A stretch of DNA of 64,000 bases from Amphiscolops sp. MND2022. Taxonomy: Eukaryota. Position 1 is the first letter of the stretch; the number at the start of each line of letters is the position of its first letter. Both the position numbers and the translations under genes were made by a program. The stretch spans positions 93,498,001 to 93,562,000 of the forward strand of contig OZ076409.1 in NCBI GenBank assembly GCA_964187785.1, in the 5' to 3' direction. Below, in pieces: positions 28,679-39,701 of this stretch. The notes under the pieces were generated by a model that was given only the letters and a program-made list of their open reading frames with translations, made no database searches and was not told where the DNA came from.

Positions 28679-31600
28679 TTCCGGTCAGCAAAAAAACACA
28701 CTTCATATTAAATGCAAATAAAAACGTTGAACATCAAAAAATCGCGTAAACACATCATCACTTTATGCACAACGATTACAATTTCATCATGAGAATCAAC
28801 TAGAACAGTTAGTAGGGAAATGCGTTTGTTCAAGAAAAAAGCAGTAACTTATGTCACCTCACCCTTACGTTGCATTTTTTGGTTATTGGCTCAATCACAA
28901 CAGGTGACTAAAAGGAACATTTCTATGTGACTTCGAAGAGTATGATCTGAGCAACGTAGTGCTAACGTGGTCTCATTAAAGAGGGAAACTAAAAACCGAG
29001 AGGTAGACATTTCACTTCATTTAACCTCCTAATAATATCTCACAAGTACTTTATCTTACAACACTGCGTTATCTTTTTAAATTCTACATTCAAAATCCTC
29101 ACAGTTCATTGTTATCCTAAGGAGATATTCGCTAAAATGAGCCTAAAATCTCAATTCCATATTTACAGTTTTACAATTGTTCCGTAGCGTCTCCGTGTAC
29201 AATAAGATTAGCTATAGCTGACCAGCGATTTACGAAGAGATTGCGGAGAGCGTAGCAGCGTATTCTTATTCTCTTAGCTATTGAAGTCACAAAAATCACT
29301 CTTATTGCACTGACTGCAAATAGCTCAATCCAGAGGCAACGCAACTTGTCCCTGAAGTTGGAAATACAAGTTTGTAACCTTACCGGGCGACGCTGGCATC
29401 ACGTTGTAAGTTTTTACCTTAATTGCTTAACTGTAACAAAAGTGAATTTTGACAGCTGCGCCAGCACTGGAAAACTATCAACTGTACTATCTTTTATGTT
29501 TGTTTCATTTTAGATTGTATGAGCTGCGATGCGATCACGGAATTAAAAATTGTATTCAACATTGCTTTTCAGGGTGAAGAAGAAGAATTACTTTTTCCTT
29601 TTTGGATTTTCTAAATGCTTTTAAATTTAGATTACAATGGCAATTCTAGAAGATGAAAACGGAAGAAAATGGTGTTCAAGTTCAAAAACGTTGGACCGGA
29701 AGTTTTAACTAGAGCAAAATCATTTTATGAAATTGTACGATTCTCCTATATTAACTTTTGTGATTTGGAAAATTCTTGCGGCTCATTTAGCTGTGCGGTA
29801 AGTAGAATTGAATATTTAATGTGTTAGAAGTTCTTTCCATACCCGTGTCTAAATCCTATCGCCTTTCGGTATATTCCTGCGTGGCAAGTGAAACACCGAC
29901 CGGGAGCGGGTCGTGACACTGGCATTAGCTTGCAAGAAGCTTGCAAGAATAACATGTTCTTAGGAGGAAGCTTCCAAGATAAGTCCAAGGTTTCAATTTC
30001 TTCCAAACTATGGTAGTGCAATTGAGAAGCAAAAAAAGTTTAGCAGCGGATTCCAAGCCAAGTCTTTTCTGTCTTCAGTTCAAAACTCGAACTATAATGC
30101 ACTTAGTGTTTCGAGTGAAGTATTTCAGAAAATTGTCAGCAAAAAACGCTCTGGAAAACTGAGGAAAAAAGTTGTTCCTTGAAACGTAATACACTTTCTG
30201 AGATATCACTAAGATATTGAAGATTTTTTCCAAAAGTTTGTCTAGTAGTTCTTCGACTAACGCAGAATAACTGGAAAACAAGTTGACTATTTCCTTAAAG
30301 GACACCGACGTTAACACGGTTTTACCACCATACGAAAAACATCTAGATAATAAAATGTCATGAAGGGCGATGTATGAAATTTCTAATGAATAAGTCATTC
30401 AATTGCCAAAGAAAAAATCATACATTTGCCGTAGTCTGGTCATTTTATGGATTATATGTTAATCTATACCTTGATACGTTTATGGATTAAATGTTTTCCA
30501 CTCAGTGCAAATTAGCATAGTCAATTAACGCTGACGTTGATGAATTTTTTGAGTGTTCACCAATCCTTGTACCAATTTATATCGTAAACGTAAGATATAC
30601 AGTCGCCAGTTTTGGCTTTCTGATGCTGATGAATTCATGATTGATCTCTTATGAATCGCAAATCTCCTCCTAAAATCATTATGACTGCAGCGAATGTGTC
30701 GAGAAAATCGTTGTGCTGTTTCATAACTGTGTCAGATTTCTCTACCGGAGATTAAAATGGAGTTACTACAGTTCCACCTTCAGCTTATACAGCCGAAATT
30801 ATACAATAAAGATATATGAAAAACATGTCAGTCATAGCATGTTTTTTTATTTATGGTATTTAGTTTGCATATTTGGAAATTTTGTTTGAACTAAAAGTTT
30901 AGTCAACCCGGGTACTGCCTGAGGAATACTAAATTATTTCATTCAAACAATTTAGTTACTGCTTAACTGTCGAATATCAGTAAAAATTATCTCAAGGTAA
31001 AGGAAGAGAGATCATTTCCACGCTAAAAAGAAAAATGTTTTCTTAGATTATCTTTCGGGTTTCTTTGCATTTTCTGATTTTTTGGGACATCTACTGAAGC
31101 ATTATTTAGTAGCTTTAAATCTCATCTAAGTGGCCAACAAAAATGGTAAAATTCAGAAATGACCAGAAGCTACAAAGGGAGCAAATTAGGAAATCCTTTA
31201 AAAAAGCAAGGTTTCAAACAAAAAAAAGCATCATTGTGTAAAGAATTATAGAGGCCTTCCCTTTGAAATTGGCAGGTAAGAACAAAAAACTTTATAATCA
31301 GCCACACGTGATTGTTGTTCAATTCTTTTGTTACCAGGGAAACATCTTGGCAAAATAAATAGGCTGTTACAGCTATCCTCTGACAGGATATGAAGTAGTG
31401 AGGCTATATCCTGGTTTTTATCACAATTCTAAGTGCTGCTTTCCTATTGGCTGACGCTAAAATTGTAATCGCCGCCCGTAAAAAGCGTTCAGAAAGCGGC
31501 AGCAAAATCTCTGTCACTTATATCAACATACCTGCGCTAGAAAAACAAAAAATATCAGATCATTTTCCTGGTATTTGGGCTATTTTATTTCCAGAAATTT

Positions 31601-31742
31601 CTCCGATGTGAAATGTGATTGCACAGTTAGTCGTCCCGCCCCTTAGCGATTCGCAATTGTAATTGACATATTATTTTATGTTTTCATCACTTCAATAGTT
31701 AGAGAGTAACAGAAAAAAGGGAAAAAGCGACTCTTCGTAGTT

Positions 31743-31979
31743 ATGAATTGGTTTGTGGTGGCGATTGACGCGCTTTTCGTTGTAGTTACAATTTCTGTGA
31801 ACTTGACCTTACTTTACTTCATAAGTCGCAATTGGAAGACCCTCAAGTCGGCGCGGGTCAACACCCTGATATGTCACCTAGCCGTGGGGGACCTGATAGT
31901 TGCGTGTACCACCATGACATTCACTTTGGTGGACAACATTATGAACTCTAAGTGGATTTTCGGACTCTACGCTTGCAAG
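31743..31979 (+). CDS. Coding exon (TM1-TM2-ECL1) of a rhodopsin-like class A GPCR, neuropeptide-receptor type (vasopressin/oxytocin/GnRH-superfamily-like)
   Basis: 79 aa with TM1 ending ..VN (N1.50), SARVNTLICHLAVGDLIVA (LAxxD in TM2) and WIFGLYACK (WxFG..C). A canonical phase-0 donor AAG|GTAAGT lies at 31979/31980. Confidence 0.88.
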
Positions 31980-32292
31980 GTAAGTTTTGAAAAACCATCC
32001 AAATCAATCCAAAATGAGACAAGTACTTTCGTCCAATTTCTTTTTACAAAGCCAAGAAGTTATGAACGTTTGGCCATTTTACCTACATTTAAGTGACCCA
32101 GGCCAAATTTTGTAATGGGTTTTCAGGTCTTCAATATTGATATATCTATATTCAAGGCTTGTTTTTTATTTAAACATTAACCTTTACAAGTAAAATCTTT
32201 CTTTTATATGGAAAAACGATATTTTCCCCGCACTATGTTCTTGTAATTTTGTTCTGCTTCACTTTTCAGTTTTCAAATTGTCATCTCAAACT

Positions 32293-32437
32293 TTGAAAAA
32301 CACTCAAATCCATCAGCGTTGAATGGAATTCATGTTGTTTTAAATTACTAAAAGTATTGCGCTTGAAGCGCAATACTTTTAGTAATTTAAAACAACATGA
32401 ATTCCATTCAACGCTGATGGATTTGAGTGTTTTTCAA
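32293..32437. repeat. Perfect palindrome, 72-bp arms with 1-nt spacer
   Basis: ttgaaaaacactc...gcgctt G aagcgc...gagtgtttttcaa; centre at 32365; no mismatches found on base-by-base comparison. Confidence 0.95.
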
Positions 32438-33590
32438 TATTTTTGTCTTTTTCCTCGTTTCATTCACTGACCGATTTCAAGTGCAAAACAAAAATGATAA
32501 AGTCAACTTTTTTAGTTTTGATGAAAGTTGTCTGTCATAATTGTGAAAATAACCATCAACTCTTTGCCATTAGTTTTTCTAGGTTACCAAGCTAATTTTT
32601 CATGCTTTTATAAAATTCTCAAGGCGACTGTCATGCATTAAAATTTCACTGATTCAATTGAATTTTATCAAGCTGATTAAAAGATGCATCCTAAATTTGA
32701 CAAGAAGTTTGAAAGTTTCATTAGGAAACATTTCTACTTTTGAAAGCAGATTTGACTTCAATGATTTTACACCGTGATTTCAATGCAGATAAACTTCGTT
32801 CACTATATGAGTTTCAAAGTAGCGTCATATACAGTGTTCTATTTGATTAACGGTGATTACAAGAAGTAGTTACTTGAGAAACTTACGCGTGAAAACAAAG
32901 TGATCGCGGTGTTGAAGAAGTGGAAATATTTTCAATTCTACAAAGTTTCTCCATGCGTGATTTCAGTATTTTCTATGTTTATCAAAAATTTGGAATGCTC
33001 GCATGGATGCAACATGGAAAACCTTCCGGCAGATTCGAATAGGGTTTTGTTTTTATTACTTTGATTTTCAAGATAATCTTAGTTTTCAAACATTAAGCGA
33101 CCTCTACCTTAAATCAATCGCACTTTGGCGAACTGTGAAGTTCGTAAATGTTTGTAATTAAATCTCGAATGTGACATAGGAAGAAGCTGATGATGCTTTT
33201 TACGTCCACTCAGAGCTTCAATTACAGAAATTTAAACCATCCACAGTTATCAAAAGTAACAAATAGAGATAATCCTTATATACTCTTGCATACTCCATAG
33301 ATACACTTTGACCAAGCGTGCCAAGAGTGCCAAGAATTTATACGATATTGCAAGATCTAACCATTATGTTCAAGAAAAATGCCTAACCCTTTCGACCAAA
33401 AAACGCACAAAAAACCAAGAAGTACCAAGAATTATCACAAGTAAATCGAGAAAATCCAAGAAATGCCACGAAACTTGAAATTAGCTGGGAAAAGGAAGAA
33501 GTCTCAAGACTCCTGCCCGTTTACAACCTACTCTCCGCAAAAAAACACAAACCACAAAAGGTCTGGAAGGAAATCTATAATCAAAGAAGA

Positions 33591-33804
33591 ATGATTATAG
33601 ACGTTATTCCAACAAAATGGTGATAATAGACGTTATTCTGCTGAAATGCATTAATTTTTGACGTTATTCCGCCAAAATACAGTGATTTTAGACGTTTTTC
33701 CGTCAAAATGCCAAAATAGTGATTTTAGACGTTATTCCATTAAAATAGTGTTATTTGACTTGATTCCGTCAAAATGGTGATTTTAGATGTTATTCCAGCA
33801 AAAT
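33591..33804. repeat. ~30-bp degenerate minisatellite (~7 copies)
   Basis: Recurring unit resembling GTGATTTTAGACGTTATTCCGCCAAAATA. Confidence 0.8.
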
Positions 33805-34153
33805 TTCCAAAAATGGGCCATTTTCATCTGAGAAGCTAACCTGTCATTAAATAGAATCTTACCCATCCAGCGGCTTCAGTAAACGCGGTGCCAAAAAGTA
33901 TCCTCAATGCTACTCGGTTATTTTTGGTAACCCTGTCAGAGAAGGTTTGTTTACAGTTCTAACGTACTAAAATGTTACACGTGCAAAATTCATACCCGAA
34001 CAATGAAATCGATTTTTTCAGCTCTTACATTTCTTGAAAGGAATCTTGGCAAGAATCTTGTCAAAAACTTCAGGATTTTTTAACGGTCCAAGATATTTCA
34101 AGATCTTATCAAGGGTTTCAAGAGATAACGGGAATTTGCAAGAAAATCCATAT

Positions 34154-34883
34154 TGTAACGTCCGGCAGTCGGCGAACAGAACAAACTTTGAAAATTTCGT
34201 TCAAGATGTCAAAGTGTGCGATATCGAAAAATGCACAAGATGGCCGACCTGACAGGTACTGGAAATTGAAAAAGAGGACGAAAGAGTGCAAAAGGGACCC
34301 ACCCCCAACCCAGGAACGAGAATGTCCGAGATGTCGTCACCCAGAAGGCGAGAGAATCAGGAATTGTGCCATCTGACAGCAAAAAGACCGGGTTTCGGCA
34401 GAAAAGTGCCAAATGAGACCATTGTGCCTCGAAGATGAGGGAAGATGCCAGAGGCCAAACTGATGACCAACCTTAAACTGTAATGTTATTGGGGCTTATC
34501 CCCGTGCTTTATTACTATTTTCCGAGTATTTGGATGTTTGAGCTAGTAGGTCTCCAATTTAGTCCTCATTCACTCAATATAATGTATTTCAGTTAGACAC
34601 CTTTTTGGACCTCGGAAGTATGTAGGAAGTCGTAGGAACGTGCTGGAAACCTTAGGATACGTTTTTACAGGCTTGTGGGGCGTGTCCGGACTTTGAGAGT
34701 GCCGGTACGTCGCTTCGGAGCTCTAACTAAAGAAGCCTCCTTAGACGATAGGAAAGTCTCCCTTGGAGACCATTTTGGTATCAAAAACTAGTGTCTAGGT
34801 ATGTAGTAAGACAACGGTCTCCTGTTTAAGCATCCTAGGCATTGTCCCTCTTCCTAGATGTGCGTCGCTAGCCGGTCGTTACA
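34154..34883 (+). mobile_element. Solo LTR (730 bp), same family as element D
   Basis: TGTAACG...CGTTACA termini; 4-bp TSD ATAT (34150-34153 / 34884-34887); 34597-34883 is about 90% identical to the reverse complement of 56695-56980. Confidence 0.9.
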
Positions 34884-35682
34884 ATATCTTGGCGAGAGTT
34901 TCAAGATATTTTACACTGGGATCCTAGTGGTCCTTTTTGCAGAAAAATGGTTATATTCTTCTAAATTTCCGTGTTTGGAGAAATTCAATGTTCTCAAAAG
35001 TCACTGACCCACCGAAAAAAGCAACCCAATACCCTTCCACAACAATTACTCAAGCAACCAACCCCAATAACATTCTATTGTTACTACAAGCCCCAGAAGT
35101 GGGGAATTGCCGCAAGGCGGCAATACGGGTAAAGGAAACTAAATTTCTGAAGAATGGGGCGCACGGCGACAGGGGCTCACCCGACCATTATGAAAGCCCA
35201 ATGCCAGACCTTTCAAATGCGCCAGAGTCCACTTGTCTGGTTTGTTTAGTTGTGGAGATCAAAGATTTGAAATTTTTAATCCATTTTTTTGAAAAAATTG
35301 CCAAAACCCCTAGGTCAATTAGGGTTAAAGAAAAACCGATCAAAGGTATGAACAAATTTCTTATGTTTGTCTTGACCGCTGTAGAGGTGGTCGAAAGTGA
35401 CGTGATGAATTGCCCTGGGCTGTCAACCCGGGAAAACACCTGAATTGGGTGAGCTAAGTCTAATTGCGGCAATTTTTGGCACTGATTGTTCGCCCTGCTC
35501 TATAATCCTCTTTTCGTCTTCGTAAATCCAAGACTTAATGCTCACAGGACAAAAGACAGTCCTCACACTACAAAAAGCACTTCAGAAAACGTCCATTATT
35601 GCTGCCCATGTAAATGGCTTTTTTCGTTTCTTTTTGGAAGCTTAGCCATTAGCTCTGTCTTTGAAAACTATTAGCATAATAC

Positions 35683-35919
35683 TGTGCTGCCTTAATTCTT
35701 AGTTGTGTGGTGGTTATTTTAGAGACTAACTAAGACAGGCTTATTCGAGGTTTATCTAGCTAGATTTCTGATGGTAAGAGTAGAACAAAAAGGAAGTCAA
35801 CCAAATACTGATTATTAACTTTCTCTCTCTGAGGGAGTAGAGACTTACAATCATTCAATAAATAAATGTACATTATATAAACATTAAAATACTATTGGTT
35901 ATTAATGTAGGTCAGTACA
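35683..35919 (-). repeat. 3' LTR of element C
   Basis: tgtgctgcc...gtcagtaca; no differences seen from 53762-53998. Confidence 0.97.
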
Positions 35920-35934
35920 TCCATCCCGGTTTTT
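35920..35934 (-). promoter_or_regulatory. Polypurine tract of element C
   Basis: Minus strand AAAAACCGGGATGGA directly before the 3' LTR. Confidence 0.7.
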
Positions 35935-36764
35935 AAATAAAATAAAATTTTACAATAACATCATTAAATAAAATAATAAAAAAAATTTTTGTTTATATGT
36001 TTTTAGCGTTCCAGCTAGTTAACATTTTTCATTTGATGGATGATTGGCATAAGTCTCTTTAAGAGTTGTGTAAGTTCGACTCATTGATCTACCTCGAATT
36101 GTCAAAATTTTGATTGACACCTCGTAGGTGCGACTAACAGTTCAAAAGCGTCACAGTGTTCTTTTTCACTATGCTTTCGTCGGCTTGTTTTTTGAACTGG
36201 TAGATGCTCAATTTATGTTTCTGTTGAAGTTTTTGGAATAACTTCGCATTGAACAAACGTGAGAAAACATCATACGAGTTAGAGGTTAAAGAGTCATTGA
36301 AAAATTTTGTTGACAAAAAAATCTTTTATGTGTGAAAACTTTCTGAAATGATATCAGGTTGTGATTAACTTTGGCGGGTTTGTTATGTAAGAAGTGTTGA
36401 AAACTTCGAGAATTTAGGTCTATCATTATTCAAATCTGAGTTGAACAATGTGCTTGATCTAATTTTGAACTAGTTTTGTTGAAATTTGAGAGAAAAAAAA
36501 ATTTTTGTTAACATATATTGTATATCTGGATGGAATAGCACCGAAAAATAATAATTATTCATTAAAAATGAGAGCAAATAAATATCGGTCTGGGCTGAAA
36601 TTGGATTTTATGGGCAAATAAATAAGGGGGGGGGAACTTTAAAATAAAATAAAATACATACTGCGAATGTTTTCTAATATATTTCTAAATATTATCATGC
36701 ACAGTGTTTTTTCTTTGCTTTTGAGTTTCTTTATTCTTGCTAATTAATTATCTTCGGTTGGACG

Positions 36765-36932
36765 ATTGAAGATTGAAGATTGAAGATTGGAAGATTGGAA
36801 GATGGGCGAAAATGGGTCAGTTGGCGTCAATGAAGTTGAAGATGGGTGCTGGTTGAAGATGGGTGCTGAAGACGGGTGCTGAAGTTGGGTGCTGAAGATG
36901 GGTGCTGAAGATGGAAGATGGGTGCCGAAGAT
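36765..36932. repeat. Short tandem repeats (GAAGATT)n and (GAAGATGGGTGCT)n in the 3' region of element C
   Basis: Direct reading of 7-bp and 13-bp units. Confidence 0.85.
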
Positions 36933-36988
36933 GTCAATTTGAAGCTAGAAAGAGACGTAAGTATATGTTTTGAATGGGTTGTTGTCAT

Positions 36989-37420
36989 CTAGAACTGCTT
37001 CGGGTGGGTCTTTTTAAGTTCTTCATCCGTATCGGCGTTATCATCTGAAGGCCAATAGGAATCCAAATGTTGTTTTTCCATTTCGGAACGTATTCTATTT
37101 GTCAGATTGCGTAAAAAACGTTTGGGTTTTATGGTAGTATGTTCCGTTTGGGTAGCGGCGTCTCGTTGGGTTGAATTTGTATCTGGATGTCTGTGAATAT
37201 TGAGGTACTGGTCGAAATTTATTTTTGTTATCTGAAATATTTGGAACATATTAAGCAATATCATCCTTGTAAGATGGGGATTTGCCTTTTTGTCTGTTTT
37301 TAGCTGTGCATTTAATGTTGTTAAATGCTTTTTCAGGATTAAGGATCGTAGTCGAGCTGATGAAATGGAAAGCAAAGGAGCTATGGGGCAGTCTGTTTCG
37401 CCAGTATGGATAGTGGTCAT
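36989..37420 (-). CDS. Accessory ORF of element C, 143 aa, unknown function; contains an LC8-type TQT motif
   Basis: ATG-initiated intact ORF in element sense; RDAATQTE; candidate splice acceptor CTAATCTATTTTAG at 37550-37537 upstream. Confidence 0.55.
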   Translation of the reverse strand: MTTIHTGETDCPIAPLLSISSARLRSLILKKHLTTLNAQLKTDKKANPHLTRMILLNMFQIFQITKINFDQYLNIHRHPDTNSTQRDAATQTEHTTIKPKRFLRNLTNRIRSEMEKQHLDSYWPSDDNADTDEELKKTHPKQF

Positions 37421-37942
37421 TTTGAAATGAAATGAAGAATTCTTCTGGAAATTTGAGAATAGCTGATGAAGTTCCCTTTGGATGGAAGGTTCGAAGATAG
37501 AAGGAATGCTGAAGAAGCAGTTTCTGCGATATTCACCTAAAATAGATTAGTTTGTTTACATTAAATTTCTCTTTAAAATTGAATTTCATAGTTGACATTT
37601 TTTTGTTGTAATCTATGATGTTATAACTTTTTAATTTTAAGGATTAAGTTGCTGTATTTTGGAAGTCTTTTGAAGGGTATTTAAATATCTTTCATATGTG
37701 TACTTATTTGTTGAAATCGGTCCATTAAAAGGAGGAGCAAATTCTAAATTTTGTTAAAATTTTTTATGTCGCTATTGAAAATTTTAGTTATTTTTTAAAT
37801 TTAAAGTGTATTTTAACATCAAGCATATATTAAATCATGCATAACAGGCATATACGTGTAGACTCAATTAATTTTGACAGGTTGTTAAGGGATTAAGAGT
37901 GGTAACACTTATCTCTTAAAGTTATTATCCGATAATTACCAG

Positions 37943-39250
37943 TTAAGATCGATGCATTTTTTCAATTGTATAGTTGAATTCGTCCAATGATGTGCGAATA
38001 CACAAAGCTGATTGGCTAATTCTGGTCGTATCAAATACGATATTTTGTATTATGCTTCGAGCTTGTTCAAGGGCATTTACAATTTCGACAATTGTTGTAA
38101 GAATATCTCGGTTCGAATGGTGATAAGGTTTTATAATATTCAGAATTTCTGTATATTTCTGCAATTCTTCTGTTGGGCGAAAATGTTGTGGTTGAGGAGT
38201 ATCATTTTTTATCTTCTTTGGTGATTCTTGTTTTGATTTTTTATGTTCTTTATGAATCTTTTCGTTATAATTCCCATTTGTAAGAAGTGATAGTAGGTGA
38301 GAAATAATGAAAATTAATTCATTATTTGAATATCCCTTTTTGGTCATTGCATAGAAATAGGATTTTTCACAATCTCCCAAAGGTTGAGAGGCTATTTGTT
38401 GAAGTGGAGGAAGAGGATCGTGTATTTGTTGAGGAATATCTTCTTGTAATAATGGATCGTCGTTCAAAATGAGGTATTCTTGCGGAACAATGATTGGTCT
38501 TTTTGGGTTATCATTTGGAAGAAATAGGAAACTTTGTTTCAGTGGATCATAATTTCTAAGTTTTCCTTTGGTTTTAGTATGATCTATTAAATATTCTGAG
38601 TTGAGAATGAATGGCGAGGTGTATTTGGAGTTGAAGAATATGTAATTATCGGGCTCTTTATATTGGAGAAACTTTTGATACGTTATATGATGAGCCTTTT
38701 TAATTTGATATGGCAAGAAGTTTGCATCATTTTCTTCGGTTCGAAGATCGTATGGCGATGGTCTGAGGAAGTTGTATTGTAATGAGAAAATTTTCACTTT
38801 ATTATTTAACCACCAATCATATGGGGTTATCAATTTTGAAGCAATTGATGTATGATAATCATTTCGAAATTCTCGAATGATGAATTTGTATTTTGTTGGA
38901 ATCATATATAATGAAGTTAAATGAGATTGGAAGGTGAATTGTTTTGATGAGAGAATAGGAACTAATTCACAATCTCTATCTTCATCCTGTTTCATTGGTT
39001 TTATGAATGGAGGACAAGCGCCAGATTCCATAAAAGGTTTATCTGCAGTTATATCTGGGTATTTTCTCTTTTGAGATCTTGCGTTAACATAATCTATTTG
39101 TTCAACAGGAATAGTTTCTATGGGATCTTGAGAGTTAAAAGAAGAATTATTTTCTTCGTTGACATTTTGTTGAATAGTTATATTCAAAGGGGGTGCAAGC
39201 AATTCAGAGGGAGTAGAATTTACTACATCAATTTCAGGCAAGGATTCCAT
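37943..39250 (-). CDS. Accessory ORF of element C, 435 aa, unknown function
   Basis: Intact 1.3-kb ATG ORF in very AT-rich DNA, element sense; KRK basic patch; helical, coiled-coil-like C-terminus. Confidence 0.8.
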   Translation of the reverse strand: MESLPEIDVVNSTPSELLAPPLNITIQQNVNEENNSSFNSQDPIETIPVEQIDYVNARSQKRKYPDITADKPFMESGACPPFIKPMKQDEDRDCELVPILSSKQFTFQSHLTSLYMIPTKYKFIIREFRNDYHTSIASKLITPYDWWLNNKVKIFSLQYNFLRPSPYDLRTEENDANFLPYQIKKAHHITYQKFLQYKEPDNYIFFNSKYTSPFILNSEYLIDHTKTKGKLRNYDPLKQSFLFLPNDNPKRPIIVPQEYLILNDDPLLQEDIPQQIHDPLPPLQQIASQPLGDCEKSYFYAMTKKGYSNNELIFIISHLLSLLTNGNYNEKIHKEHKKSKQESPKKIKNDTPQPQHFRPTEELQKYTEILNIIKPYHHSNRDILTTIVEIVNALEQARSIIQNIVFDTTRISQSALCIRTSLDEFNYTIEKMHRS

Positions 39251-39701
39251 TATTTAGACTTGCGTGCTTTTGTAGAGCTAAAATAATTATAATTTCTAAT
39301 GATACTAGGTCTGGTACTAGACAAAATTAGTGTTATATCCTTTTTATCCATTAATTTGTTAAAATTTAAGTTTAAATTGTACTTACACTATGGAATATTG
39401 AATCAATGGTTGGTTGAACACATCAACAATCACAGTGGCATCTATTCCCGGAATAGAAACTTCTGTGGTTTTGGTTTTCTAGATGGAGTGGAAATCCAAT
39501 TGAAGTCTTCTGGTTGAAGGCTGAGTTGTGATAGAAGATGAGGGCTGAGTTGTGATAGAGTGAAATTTCTTTCAGTTAAAAAGGAAGAACTGGTCCGGGT
39601 GAGAATTTGGGTTTGAATGAAAGTTAAGCTGAGAAGAATTTTATTAATAATATTCTGAACTTTTTCAGAGGTTAATTTGTTTATTGAGTTAGTTTTTTTT
39701 G

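Larger units (their letters stand above)
11678..29336. repeat. Five-unit tandem array (3603, 3603, 3537, 3548, ~3368 bp) of BEL internal remnant + minisatellite + truncated LTR + host flank
   Basis: Unit starts (ttcttaaacaaggctttcc) at 11678, 15281, 18884, 22421 and 25969. ORF-track peptides recur at the same spacing (e.g. 13230/16833, 14485/18088). Confidence 0.95.

Noticed and set aside
31980..32096. C-terminal 38 aa of the 117-aa GPCR ORF
   Set aside because: Read-through into the intron after the GTAAGT donor; no TM3 or DRY motif.
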